NCBI GenBank assembly: GCA_030704615.1
Contig: CM060732.1
Coordinates: forward strand, 12,090,001-12,154,000
Direction of reading: 5' to 3'
Length of the DNA stretch: 64,000 nucleotides
DNA from: Takakia lepidozioides
Taxonomy: Eukaryota > Plantae > Bryophyta
Shown: piece by piece, positions 23,601 to 36,551 of the stretch
Numbering within the stretch: position 1 is the stretch's first letter
How the letters are laid out: every line of letters starts with the position of its first letter
Made by a program: the position numbers and the translations under genes
The notes under the pieces: generated by a model
Seen by the model: only the letters and a program-made list of their open reading frames with translations
What the model was told of the DNA's origin: nothing
The model's database searches: none

Positions 23601-26364
23601 TCAACGCTTCTTCCGCTTTTGAGGTCGCCCTTCGAACGCTGCAACTGCCTCGGATGCGTTTCCCATTTCTGAGGCACGCACCCAAGATGCCTCCACAAGA
23701 TGATAGCCCTTCCATTTGACGAGATACTCCGTTTCTCGGTTCTTGAACCTCCTCGACTTAAGTATTGCCTCCACCTCGTACTCGGGTTCATTTTCATGAT
23801 CCAACAGCATAGGTGGCGGACGCAACACTTGCTGCCGATTCGGACGTGCTTCATCTTTGAAGTAAGGCTTCAAAAGGGAGACATGGAATACTGGGTGCAC
23901 CTTGCTGTTTGCTGGCAGCTCCAATTCATACACATCCTCATTCATAACCCTCCGAATGCGAAAGGGACCCGCATACGGAGGTACAAACTTCGGACTCATT
24001 TCCGGAGGTAGTCGAAAATTCTTGATGTTCAACCAGACCTCTGTGCCTGCCTCAAACTTCACTTCCCTCCGCTTCCGATTCGCCTGCCTTTCATACCGTT
24101 TCCTAGCTTTGGCAATGTTGTACTTTGCGAGCTTCAACAAACGCTCGCGTTCTTCCAGTACCGCCGCTACTGCCGGTTCCTCAACGTCCTGGGCGGCCCA
24201 ACTTGTCGGCACCAGAGGTGCTTTTCCATAGACCAACACAAAAGGGGAAACTCCCGTCGCGGAGTGTTCTGTGTTATTATAACAGAACTCTGCCGCGTCT
24301 AAGTGTTCCATCCAGTCTGATTGGTCTGCCGACACGTAATTCCGCAAGAATTGCTTCACTACGGAATTCACTCTTTCCGTTTGGCCGTCCGTCGTAGGTC
24401 GGAAGGCGGTGCTCATCTTCAGCCTCGTCCCCATCTTCTTCCAAAGTGCTCTCCAGAATTTACTCGTAAACTTTGGATCGCGGTCCGAGACAATATCCTT
24501 CGGGACTCCATGATGCTTTAAGACGTGGGCGAAGTAAAGTCGCCCTGTCTCCTGCGCAGTTGCCGTCTCCTTGGTGGGGATGAAATGGGCCATTTTACTG
24601 AACCTATCTACCACCACCATGATTGCATCGAATCCTTTTGACAGCGGCATAGCAGTCATGAAATCCATCGAGACGCTTTCCCAAGTCCCCTCTGGAATCG
24701 GCAAGGGTTGTAACAGCCCCGCTTGCTTTTTATACTCGCTCCGGTTTTGTTGGCATGTGGTGCATGTCTTAACATACTCCTCTGCCTCCTCCCTCAGTTT
24801 GGGCCAGAAATACTCTTTCTTCAAGAGTGCCGCAGTGCGCTTGGCTCCACCGTGGCCCGCAAGCGGGCTATCATGGCATTCTCTCAAGAGACTATCCCTG
24901 ATCCCTCCCTTTGGCACATAGAGACGTTTTTGCTTATACCGGAGCAGTCCGTTTTGCAAGTGGAACTGCGATTTAACCCCCATTCTCAAGTTCTGCATCA
25001 CGCACTTTGCCAGCTCATCCTTCCGGCAAGCCTTCCGGATCTTCCTTTGGAGCGCCGTCTCGCCCTTGTACACCAACAAGAGCTGCTGCTTTCTACTTAA
25101 AGCATCGGCCACCACATTGTCCCGTCCCGGTTTGTACTGGATATCCACGTCGAACACTGCCAAAGTATCTTGCCACCTAAGTTGTTTTGGGGACAACTTG
25201 GGCTGCGTGGCAAAATACTTCACCGTGACATTGTCCGTGAACACCTTCACTGGGTTGGAACCAACATAGTGGCGCCAGAGTTCAAGGCAATGTACCACCG
25301 CCTTCATCTCTTTTTCGTGCGTCGGCCACCGTCGCTCCACTTCATTCAGTTTCTTACTTTCGTAAGCCACTGGACGTCCATCTTGCATAAGTACACCCCC
25401 AATTGCGAAGTCCGATGCATCTGTATGAATCTCAAACGGACGATCGAACTCCGGGATTTTTAAGACTGGAGCTTCCGTCATCCGCTGCTTCAATTCAGCA
25501 AAAGCTTGGCCACAAAATGTGTTCCATACCCAGACTTTGGATTTACACAGAAGGTCCGACAGCGGCCCCGCGATCTTGGCGAAATTTCTCACATACTTCC
25601 GGTAATAGGAGGCGAGTCCTAGGAAGGATCGCACTCCCGGACCGAAGTCGGAGGCTCCCAGTCCAAGATCGCCCTCACCTTTCTGTCATCCATTTTGATC
25701 CCATCCTGTGTAATCACGTGCCCCAAGAACTCCACTTTTGTGACCCCGAATTCGCACTTTGAAGCTTTGGCATACAGCTTCCCTTCTCGCAATTTTTGGA
25801 ACACCCTTTTGAGGTGCTCCAGGTGCTCCTCCTTTGTTTTCGAGTACACCAAGATGTCGTCGATGTACACGATCACAAAGTCATCCAACCACTCCTGGAA
25901 AAGGCTGTTCATCAGCGTGCTAAATGTCGCTGGTGCATTGGTGAGCCCAAAAGGCATCACCAAGAACTCATATGAACCATACCTTGTCCTGCACGCGGTC
26001 TTCTCCTCATCTCCTTCCGCCACCCGAATTTGGTGATAGCCGGAGCGCAAGTCGATCCGGCTGAAATACTTCGCTCCTGCCAACCGATCGAAGAGGTCGT
26101 CGATCCTTGGCAAAGGGTACCGGTTTTTGATAGTCACCTTATTCAGAGCCCTGTAATCGACACACATCCGCAGCGTCCCATCCTTCTTGTCTGCAAATAG
26201 CACCGGGGCTCCGTAAGGTGACTTACTCGGCCGGATGTACCCCTTTGACATTAGATCTTGAGCTGAGTCTTCAGCTCGACCAACTCTTTGTGGCTCAACC
26301 GGTAGGGCGCCTTGGCAGGCGGTTCCGATCCCGGTATCACCTCAATTTTGTGGTCAACTCCTCT
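23601..26364 (-). CDS. Gypsy C pol (RT, RNase H, integrase, chromodomain), with two apparent frameshifts
   Basis: VYIDDILV; [10 protein letters not shown]; [13 protein letters not shown]; SMDF/SDRD/TERVN; YEVEAIL...YLVKWKGY; frame breaks near 26260 and 25634. Confidence 0.92.
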
Positions 26365-28162
26365 TCACGGTGGCAAGCCGCTTGGTAAATCCTCCGGCAT
26401 CACATCCTGGTATTTCTCCAAAATCCCCTTGATCCAATCTGGGCTCGGCTCCCCATCGCCTTCTCCTTTCACTTCTCTAATGTAAAGCAAAAACTGGGAC
26501 TCGTGTGTCTCCTCCACGGCCCACTCCTTTGCTGATAGAAGGTTTATTCGCCCTCCCACGGATTTGGGCGTTTCCGACACTCGTAAAACCTCGCCACCAT
26601 TCCCACATGGCAGCGTGACTACTCTCTTGCGGCCATCTATGACCGCTCCGGATTTGCTCAAAAAGGTCATTCCCAAAATGAGATCCACTCCATCGATCTC
26701 GCAGATAGTGAAGTTCTCACGTCCCTCCCAACTCCCCAGTTGAAGAGGAACATCAAACGCCAACCTTGTCGCCAACTGAGGTTCTCCTTTGGCAGAGCGC
26801 ACCTCAATAGAGGCCCCCACGTCACTTGTCGAGAGTCCCAACTTTCGCGCCGCCGCCGGCGTCATGAAGGAGTGCGACGCTCCTGTGTCCACCAACAACG
26901 ACACATTAGTTCCGGATATTATCCCATCCACGAACAATAACTGACTCCCTTTTCGTAAGGCGCCAGTTTCCTGATACAACTCACAAGAAAATTTGCCTAC
27001 CTTGCAAGTCCTGGCGACCACCGCTTCCACCAAGCGACTGATGGTATCTTCCGACAGCTCCGTGGTCGCCCGAGTCATGTTCAATTGCCGGGGCTTCGTG
27101 CACTTCTTGGCCATGTGCCCGGGCTCCCCGCAATTGAAACACACTCCATCAAAGGTCGCCTTCTGTCCGCCATAAGTCGCTCCACCCGCTTTTCCTTTCG
27201 AAGCACCGGGTGCCGCCTTGACGTGTGAAGGACCTCCCTTCGATTTCCACGTGCCATTTTCGCCGCGTGGCCTATCCCACTTCTTTTCCGGTCGGGAGGA
27301 GTCACCTTCCCGCCGGGTCTTCTTGTGGTTCAGCTCCGTACGGCCTTGTCTCTCACCCCTAGGGACATCCGAGAAACATTCAGCTCTCTCAATTGCCTCG
27401 TTCAAAGTCTTGGGTGGCTTCTCCTCCAACTTCCGCCTAGCCCATGGGGCCAGTCCCGCCACAAAGTTGAAGACCATTTCTGGTTCTGCCATGTCCGCGA
27501 CTTCGAGCAACAGCACATTGAAAGCCTGGACATACCCCCGAATGTCATCTGTTTGCTTCAAATTCCTCATCTTGTCCCGGGCAAGCCAGGATGCGTTGAG
27601 GGGCACAAACTGTCTCTTCATCAATTCCTTGAACTCACTCCAGTTCAAGGTTTCCGGGCTTGGGCCTCGGTCGTGAAGGCGTTTCTGCCACCATTGTTGA
27701 GCATAGCCCCTCAAATAGGTGGGAGCCACTTCCACCCGATCCTCGTCACTCAACTTGGCCGCCCGGAAGTACTGCTCTAGCTCCAGGAGCCAGGTGTTGA
27801 GTGCCTTCCGGTTTCGAACGCCCTCGAAGGTGCCGGGTTCCTTAGGCTTCACCTTAAACTTTGCCTTGGTGGAAGTGGCATTAGCCGCCTTCAACACGTC
27901 TTTCAACGTCCCGCCAAACTGCGCCAACAACCCTTCCCAAAAGGCTGCCGGCATGGGAGGCATCTCTTGGTTTGTCGGAGCTCTCAAAGATTCCTCGGGC
28001 TCCGACTCCTCGGATTCCTCCCGCTCCTGAGCGGCCTCGTTTCGGAAACATTAATCGCTTCCTCAAACGGCCGCCTCGGTGACACGTCGCCCCCATCGGG
28101 CTCACCGGGATCATCATCTTTTGGGCCGTTCCGCTTTCGCTTCGGCTTGCCCGACCCCATGA
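26365..28162 (-). CDS. Gypsy C gag-protease
   Basis: Retrotransposon gag (YLRGYAQQWW, LKQT..IRGY); knuckle CFNCGEPGHMAKKC; protease LVDTGASHSF; the probable ATG near 28160 is offset by a frameshift. Confidence 0.9.
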
Positions 28163-28200
28163 TGAGGCCAATCCCAAGGACGATCGCGTACTGAACTCTA

Positions 28201-28213
28201 AGCTCTGATACCA
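28201..28213 (-). promoter_or_regulatory. Primer binding site (tRNA-iMet)
   Basis: TGGTATCAGAGCT on the minus strand, 2 nt from the 5' LTR. Confidence 0.95.
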
Positions 28214-28215
28214 AA

Positions 28216-28937
28216 TGTCGCACACCTCACTTCGGTAAACTCCCCTTCAAGTCATAGTTACTCGCTTTGATGCGCGCGCCTGACTCCCAACCTGGCCGCC
28301 GGGCCAACTTGGAGTTTCGGCTGCTCACCGGGACATAACGGTCCCCTTCGCTTCCCTCTAAACCCTCCACCTATTTGGGACTAGGAGAATTCCCTTTGGT
28401 AGATGGCAGTCCGGAACAGCTCCCCACTCTTTGGTCGCTTTCCGGCTCGCTCGCTTACTCACTAGTTTTTGGTCACCAACGGGCTTGCACCGTTCTCGGG
28501 GTTACTACTCCCTATATATACTTCTGTAGCTGTCCGCGGGGGTTTCATAACCAGCCATGCCATTTTATGGCGAACCACCACGAAAACCCTCGACTCCCGG
28601 TGGTGAGTCGCGGTGAGTCTTGGCCCACTCACCGCGGCCCCAATGGACCGTGATGAGTCCCAAGACTCCCCACGACTCCCACCTCGAGGTCTCCACCCCA
28701 TGGTGAGTCCTATGCCACCCCCACTAAGTCCCACTAAGCTACCACCACCCCTTGTGGAGCCACCTCCACCGCAACCCGGTGTGCGGGGCTCCACCTAGTG
28801 AGCGCCTCCGCCTCCTTGAGTGCCTTGGGCACTCAAGGTGCTTCAGCCCCCCATACCTATCGCTGCCGCTGCCCCCACCACAGGGGCAGCCCCTCATGTG
28901 TCTCGACCCCCTGCCCTCAAGGCAAAGGGCCGCGACA
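28216..28937 (-). repeat. Gypsy C 5' LTR
   Basis: TGTCGC...GCGACA; direct repeat of 21970-22692. Confidence 0.96.
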
Positions 28938-28942
28938 CCACC

Positions 28943-29302
28943 AGTCCCACTTAGTCCCACTGCTGCTTTTTGAAGCTGCCAGTGTAGCGGCAGGTGTAGC
29001 CATTGCCCTCGTGGCTCTAGTGCCCCTAGTGATGGAGACATAGTCGGGTGACTAGTACATCCTCCACTCCTCGATCTCAACCTCATGCCCCCGCCTGAAC
29101 TCATGGTAATCATCCATAGGCGGCCCCTCAAGGGCTGAAACAGCCCCTTCCATGCCATGAAAAGCGTAAATAGTTGTGGATTGTGCATTTGCTGCAAATC
29201 ACACCAACTATCAAACTCTTGGATAAAATCATCCAACTCGATGGTGCCCACTGCCCCAGAGTACCTTCGTGGCCCCTTGGTAGCTCCATACATCTCCTCC
29301 AT
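28943..29302 (-). pseudogene. Gypsy B gag N-terminus
   Basis: MEEMYGATKGPRRYSG...LDDFIQEFDSWC; joins 21964 once Gypsy C is removed. Confidence 0.75.
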
Positions 29303-29414
29303 TGTGTCCCACAACAATGGCAAGGAAACAACTTGTACCACCGGTGTGAGTCCTCCTGATTCACAATCCGAATCAGAACCTTCCGTAGAAGACACTGGAG
29401 GTGAAGGTGGCCTA

Positions 29415-29780
29415 ACACAAGCCACAACCTCAAGCCCATCACAGCCCCATAGGCCACAGCCCGTCACAGCCCGTCACAGCCCCATAGGCCAAAGCCGCCA
29501 CAGCCGCCACAGCCTGTCACAGTCCCATAGGTCACAGCCGTCACAGCCCGTCACAGCCCCACACATGCCATCACAGCCCCACAGACCACTGCCATCACAG
29601 CCTGTCACAGCCCCAAAGGCCATAGGGCACAGCCTGTCACAGCCCATCACAGCCCATCACAGCCCCACAGGCCACAGGTCATAGCCCGTCACAGCCAGGC
29701 CACAGGTCACAGCCTGTCACAGCCCATCACAGCCCATCACAGCCCCACAGGCCACAGGCCACAGCCTGTCACAGCCCCAT
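29415..29780 (+). repeat. Degenerate (GTCACAGCCC)n tandem array in the Gypsy B leader
   Basis: Dozens of TCACAGCC units seen directly. Confidence 0.9.
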
Positions 29781-31049
29781 CCATGGCCGTTCATGGCAGT
29801 TTAGCCATTTCTCCAAAGGGTTTAGCCACGCCAAGCTAGGGTTTGTGTCTCTTGGACTCAAGGCTTCTTTGCACCGAGCTATGGTGGCTGTGAGGAAATC
29901 AGCAAGGTATTCTTGCTCTTTATGGCTCCCACACACCACCAATAGTAGCTCTAATTCCAAAGGAAGATGTTTGCAACCAAAACTAAGTGCAAAAGTTTCA
30001 TTTTAACTCACAAAACAACGCCATTGATCCATATGGCGACTAACCAAACATGGCTGACTTCCAGCCCTTATAGGCACTCATTCACGCACTTTTCTTGACC
30101 ATAGCACGCCCCTTTGCACCTAATCCAGCCCCTGCACTTGCTGCTTCAAGAGTTGTGCTCCCTTCAAGCTTGAAGTTGAAACCCTAATTCACATATGCCC
30201 TACAAGTGCTTTTCTTTCACCCCAAGTGGAAACCAGCCCTAGCCCTTCCATTCTAGCTCTCTAAAGCTTGAAAATAAGAGCCTCAATGGGTTGAAGGCAT
30301 GCTCCACACATGCCCCACTCTCACCATAAGAGAATCAGCTCATTTGCTTCATTTCTTGCACCCACAAACCTGAAAATACAAGCTTCAGCGGGCTGAAAGC
30401 ATGCTCCACACATGCCCTACAGGGAAACCAGCCCCTTCCTTCCTTTCTTGCACTCCCAAACCTGAAAGTACAAGCCTTCAATAGGCTGACAGCATGCTCC
30501 ACACATGCATTGCCCTCACATAAGAGAAATCAGCTCTTCCCTCACTACAGGAAAAGGGGGGGGTTTCCGACGCCGCGGCGTCGTAAAACATACTACAACA
30601 AATTGCGGCTTTTATGACTCCCATGGGTGCGCAGTCATGACAGATTTGTGGCAGAAATGCCATTTGCAGTCATAAATGCCTTTGAAGTCATAACGCTGGT
30701 CTGGGGAAAGGTGTATATGCAACTGCATGACTCCGGACTCTGCGCAACACAGGTCAAACATGTTTGACCACGAATATTGGCATGGCGGATATGACTATCG
30801 GTCACGTTCATGGCTACACTAGAATGACGTGTGCATATTGCTAGACGGACATATGACTTTATGACTCTTACTCTAATGCATTCTGCCAAATCATCACATG
30901 GAAGAATCACTATACGACTGCACGTGTATGCTATTCTGGTTATATATATAATATATGAGTATTTATATTTGGAAAAAACGAGACTCTGACCACTAGAATG
31001 AATTAAAAAAAAAACAAAAAAAAATCAAAGTGCAAAAGATTAAAAAAAA

Positions 31050-31262
31050 GCACATCGGCTGGTAAGTGCACATTGTGTCGCCGTGGTGGTTCGAGGGTTC
31101 AAACCCGCTGCCCTACCCGTGTGTGGGATTGTTCGTGATGGTATCTCTGGGCTGATCGTCCTGTAGGTCTCATGGCCCATAAATGAAAGGGGGTTAATTT
31201 TTCCCCCTCCTCAAGGGCCTGAGGTTTCCTTTAAAAAACGAAAAAAAAGAAAAAAAATCAAA
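31050..31262 (+). mobile_element. tRNA-derived SINE-like element
   Basis: B-box-like GGGTTCAAACCC at about 31095; A-rich tail after GTTTCCTTT. Confidence 0.45.
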
Positions 31263-32177
31263 AAGTTGCTTATAGGGTTTGCAAAAAGGTTTAAAAACTT
31301 AAAAAGTTGCCCATCACGATAGCCGTGAACAGACTTAGAGCTCGCCGTTCTTGGGAGAGTCAGCTTCGTCTTAGCAGGCCGTGTTTCAATCTCTACCCGC
31401 TCGGCCCTGATTTTACAGCACGGATTAGAGCTTGCATGAGTTTCTTAAAGATCCTTCACGATGGTGGCATAACCGCAATTGCAAGGTGTGGCTTTTTCTT
31501 AATGTATGATGTGAAGAAGTTTGTCCATCCTGCAAATGTGGGTTGTTGGCTCCTGTTAGTACCATGATTTGGTACTCTTCCTGATGTTTACAAGGTTCTT
31601 GGGAGAGTTAGCTTGGTCTAGCACGCCGTGTTTCAATCTCTGCCCACTCAGCTGTACCGTGGTGGTTCTCACTGACCAATCCGACATTACCTAACTACAG
31701 ACACAAGCAGCACACACAAGAGGTCCTCTTGGGTTCATGGTCAGTCAAATCCTCCATGGGTCATGACACAAGGTCGAGGACAATGTGGTGAGGGCACCTT
31801 CTTCTTCGACCTATTTCAGCCTATTTTGCCCTCTCATCAGAGGAAGCCCTGAATTTGCGTATTGAAGTCGGTAAGTTAGCTCGTTGGGTGGATCTGTGGT
31901 GGTTTGGAGTGACTTTGATGTTACTCAGGCATTGTATCAGAGAACGGATATCGTCTTCAGGCCGTTGGCATGTCGGACATTTACTATCTCCTTTACCTCT
32001 CTACATCTGTGCAAAGATAGACTCCCCAACTTGAGTTTAAATTTCAGGTCTGGTGTCAAGGGTAGAGGTAGGCCCTTCAGATCATCCTTAAGGTCCGCTA
32101 TGTGCCCCTATAATCAGGTACGGGGAGAGGTGTACTTCAACCTGACCACATCATGTTGGTTTGTGGGGGCAAAGCAT

Positions 32178-32980
32178 GTGTGAGCCTGGCAGCGGGCTGG
32201 AAAAGGGCAAAGACTTCCATGGTGACATCTTCAAAGCGCGAATTGTACCAGATATGATTCTGAGCACTGCCCTGGTGGACATGTATGCCAAATGCGAGCA
32301 TGCTACCTCTGAAGGCGCAAAGTTCCTAGGTGACATCGTCAAAGCTGGAATTGTACTAGATATCATTCTGAGCACTGCCATGCAGCACATGTATGCCAAA
32401 TGTGAGCCTGGCAGCCCTAGAACTGGGCAAAGAGGTCCATGGTGACATCGTCAAAGCTGGAATTGTACCAGATGTGATTCTGAGCACTGCCCTTGTGGAC
32501 ATGTATGCCAAATGTGAGCCTAACAGCCCTGGAAAAGAGAGCAGAGGCCATGGTGACATCGTCAAATTAGCTGGATTGTACCATATGTGATTCTGAACAC
32601 AAGTTTAGGCGAGCGTGGCAGCCCTGGAAAAGGGAGTAGAGGTCCATGGTGACATTGTCAAAGCTGGAACTGTACACCAAATCTGATTTTGAACACTGCC
32701 TTGGTGACATGTATGCCAAATGTGAGTATGATAGCTGTGGAATGGACGGACAGGTCCTCGGTGATATTGTCAAAGCTGAAATGTACCAGATGTCATTCTG
32801 AACTCTGCTCTGGTGGACATCTATGCCAAATGCGAGCCTGGCAGCCCTGGAAAATGGAGCAGATCCATGGTGTCAATGTCAAAGCTGGAATTGTACCAGA
32901 TGTCATTTGAACTATGCCCAGGTGGACATGTATGCCCAATGCGAGCCTGGCAGCTCTGGGAAAGGGCACAGAGGTCCATC
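32178..32980 (+). repeat. Tandem array (about 7-8 units of about 110 bp) derived from a PLS-class PPR gene
   Basis: Unit translates to SLAALEXGKEVHGDIVKAGIVPDVILSTALVDMYAKC; frame is not maintained between units. Confidence 0.85.
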
Positions 32981-34254
32981 ATAGGTCCTGCATGGGTAGA
33001 TGGTCAACTGGAAGCTGCAGAAGCAGCGGCACAATTGATAAAATCAGACACTGCTAATCAAGGTACCTTGTTCAACACATTTCACCCTGTTTTTCGGCCC
33101 TAAATTTTCATGTTGAATTCTGCAAGTTAGCTTGAGTAGATCTTTGATAGATTGGAGTGACTTTGACATCATACTGCCAACGTGACACCTGGAAAGTATC
33201 CAGAAACAGGTAACAGAGACGAGGCGAAGCTCTGACCCCAGTCAATGGTGGGACAATCGAGGCAAAAAGGTGAATGTATGTTGGATTGCAGAGAGTAGCA
33301 GACGCAATTCAGCATAGGAACTAGTGTGATAATCTGAGTTGGGTGTTTCCTAGAACAAATCTAGGTTGTCATTGTCAGATGCTAGCAGCAAGGCAAGGAT
33401 GAATGCATGATTGTGCAGAGGCATGGATAGTTGAAGGAGCAGGGGTAGAGTGACTGCTGCTAGGAATAAATAGTGTGGGGGTGAATTACTTGGTGGCATT
33501 GCATACAAGGATTTGTATCTATGGTGAGCCAGTGTTGGTGAGGAGGGTATGTCTTGTCGTTTTGTGGCCAAGGGTTCAATGTGCAGTATGGTCGTCTATG
33601 AGAATCTGGTTGTTTAAGTTTCTGTCCAATGGGCTGGGTATTTGTAAGCTGATTGCTATGAGTTTGATTTTGGTGGTAGGCTGGAGCAGGGGTGGAATGC
33701 AAGGGTAAGCAAAACATCTGGTCTGGCCGCATGGCCTGTGCATTTTACCAGGTTATGAGGGTAATTGTTTCATGTGAGGGTAATTTTTTATGCGTGTCAG
33801 ATGGTGGGAGACGTAATTCAGCTATGGAAGAGTGTGGAGGAGGTGGAGGGACTATGGCGGTGCAGTCCGTTCCTTACTTCCCAGCAACAGCAGCTGCTAT
33901 TGAAGGCCATTGATTCAGGTATTTTTATGGTCCCCAGCCATTACAGGAACTTAGGATGAGTCTTGGGGGTTCATTTTTACAATTTTGGGCTCCTTTGCAG
34001 GTTACAACAGTCAATGGTTGGGAAATGGATGCTCCATGCTTTGCTGCTGGGGTCTACCTGCAGTTAACCTTTGGACTTCAGCAATGGCAATAACAAAGAA
34101 GTGATGTAAACCAACTCAGAACTCCAGGCCATTGGTTTACTAGTAAAAAATTTGCTGGATTTTTGGATGTTCAGAGGGATGGTTTTCTGAACCTCTGCAC
34201 ATCAGGTGCGCAATCCTGCTGTTTCTCTGGCCGTGAATGACTAGAGAGACATAA

Positions 34255-34490
34255 AAAGAGAGCACGAGATGTCATCGTGAACATTGCTCTGGTGGCCATG
34301 TATGCTAAATGTGGGAGCATTGAGGATGCCAAGGGGGTATGGCTGAACGAGATGTGGTGTCATGGAATGCGATGCTTGCACCGGGGTGTGCAGAGCAGGA
34401 GCGCGGGATGGGGCTTTGGAGACCTGAAAGCAAATGATGGGGAAAGGGTTGAAGGTACCTTCTTCAACATATTTCACCCTGTTTTCCTTG
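34255..34490 (+). pseudogene. Captured PPR gene fragment
   Basis: NIALVAMYAKCGSIEDAKGV then, frameshifted, RDVVSWNAML. Confidence 0.8.
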
Positions 34491-36497
34491 CTACTGTTTG
34501 CTTTGACAATTCCAGGCTGTCGTTGTCAGCTGCTAGCAGCAAGGCAAGGATGAATGCTTGATTTGTACAGAGGCATGGATAGCTTAAGGAGTAGAGATAG
34601 AGTGTGGGTGATGCAGGGTGATGGGCAGTGGGCAAGACGTCTTTGTATAAATGTGAGTGACCTTCATATCCTCCTGGCTCTCATTTTTAGTGCACGTTTC
34701 TTTGTGAAGTATGTGACTTCGCCAACACACACCAACCTGTTTGCTTTGGTTTGTTTATGAGTCCATGGGATAGAAGTTACCATAACAACACTGGCATTGG
34801 TTTTTCTCTTAATTGTTCCACCTTGGCAGGTTGCTCAGTGACCTTCCTTGGACGCTTTGGAGTATAGTGAGTGAGTGTCTCACAATGCAATGTTGGTTGG
34901 TGCATCTTATGCAAGAACTTGGAAAACAAACATATGTCCTTGCTGTAGTGATTCTTAAAGCCATGCAAGCCTTAGTTTTTGATGGGTTTTAGATTGATGG
35001 AATACATGAGTTAGTTTTAAGATTCGGGTGAACACTTGTCAAAGTGTTATAGTTAGACAATATAATTCACATGAGAACATGTGACTATTTTATGTATTTT
35101 TAGATTGCGACAAAAATGATAATGATAAATAGATTGATAAATAGAACCGGTGTACAATCTCTTGGGTTTGCACGGCTTGGCACAGTTATGTCTTGCTGCC
35201 TTGTTCTGTTTGTATTATATATTATATTTAATTGTTGTAATAGACATGTATATGACTTTTATCATAGTCATAATAATGACTACATCTATTTTCACTCTCC
35301 AATGGTACTACACCACGCGGTGGATATATAAATATATAAATATATAAAAAAATATCAATACACCCTTCATGACACATGTCAATCTGCTGAGGGACCACGT
35401 GTAAAAACTGCAATGCGCCACGTGTTGCAACCGGATTAACACGCAGTCATAGTTCATAGTCATGGAGTGTTCAGTCATTCAGTAAAGCCAGCACTACCCC
35501 CACAGCAGCTCAGGCGCCACGTCACAGCCAGCCCGGAGAGTCATATCTGCCATGTCACAACTAACCAGGCTTTTACGTCTTCAGAGTCAGGAAGTCGTAA
35601 ATGGCTTCCATAACTGCATTTGCAGTCATAAAACAGAGACGTAAAAGCCGCAATCTGTTGTAGTGACAGCCCTTTTCAGGTAGGGGGAAAAACCCAAATT
35701 TGCGACGCCCGGGCGTCGCCAAAAAAACGTCCTAAATTTGCAACCAATCGGGGTCGCAAATAGGCGAAACCGCGATTTGTGACGCCCGAGCGTCGGAAAG
35801 AAAAAAAAAAAAAAAAAACCTACTCTGCAGTGCAGAATTAGAATTGCGACGCCCGGACCTCACAATTTAAGGGGTGCATTTGAATTTAGGCGGGAAAAAT
35901 TTGTATTTGAAATTTGAATTTCAAAAACTTGTTGACCATTGAGTTCGGTTCTGTCTAATGGCGATATGTTCATTGTTCTACATATATCATGCAATGCATA
36001 CTTAAACCTAAGACCTCCACGTTATAACATTTCTAAGACACTACAAACTAACCATCACACCTACGCTACATCTATGTATCACAAAAGCAATCTAAATATA
36101 TATATACACATATAAAGATTTCCTTCAAGAGCCTTCAAGTTCCTTCTAAGAAGGTCTCTCTTATGACGCCGGGGAACTTCCACAGCCTTAATGCCCAGCC
36201 CCAGCCCCAGCATCGTCGCCGTTGTTGCACCCCCCCCCCACCGCCAGGTGCCCCAAACGACGTCATTGTGATGACCTAAGCTGACCACAACACCATTGCG
36301 ACCCCCTGTGGCGACGCCGTTGCAACCCCCTGGCGTCGCAATATTGGGCGTCCCAGCGCGGGGCGCCCCTAGCGACGCTTTTGTGAAGTAAAGGGCCGCA
36401 AAGCCAAAAAAAAAACAAAAAAAAAACTCCCACTATGATGATGCTGTTGCGACGCCCTGGCGTCGCAGAGCCCTTAGTGACGCCGAGGCGTCGCAAC

Positions 36498-36551
<54 letters not shown>

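Larger units (their letters stand above)
21970..28937 (-). mobile_element. Gypsy C: young full-length chromovirus
   Basis: Near-identical LTRs of about 722 bp; 5-bp TSD CCACC (21965-21969 / 28938-28942); tRNA-iMet PBS; gag-PR-RT-RH-IN-chromodomain. Confidence 0.97.
16206..29780 (-). mobile_element. Gypsy B: degenerate Ty3/gypsy retrotransposon with domain order gag-PR-DNMT-RT-RH-IN, split by Gypsy C and 3'-truncated
   Basis: The gag frame rejoins across the Gypsy C TSD (..VGLSGTGG|TVATTSTQ..PAFNPVVEF); zinc knuckle CGHCGKHGHGEAQC; protease LLDS; RT YIDD; RNase H YSSYEGECLA/TDHQPL; integrase HHCC. Leader sequence probably continues to about 37290. Confidence 0.9.
30591..35665. mobile_element. 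Nested non-autonomous Pack-CACTA, family B, with captured host fragments
   Basis: TIRs (T/C)ACTACAACA(A/G)ATTGCGGCTTTTA; TSD ACA (30588-30590 / 35666-35668); no transposase; contains PPR and SINE-like pieces. Confidence 0.9.

Noticed and set aside
29415-29780. CRISPR-like array
   Set aside because: Short degenerate tandem units with no unique spacers and no cas genes
31050-31120. True tRNA gene
   Set aside because: Only a B-box is clear, there is no convincing cloverleaf, and the body plus A-tail is SINE-like
32161-33103. Functional PPR gene
   Set aside because: The frame breaks between units, it lies inside a CACTA element, and there is no E/DYW domain
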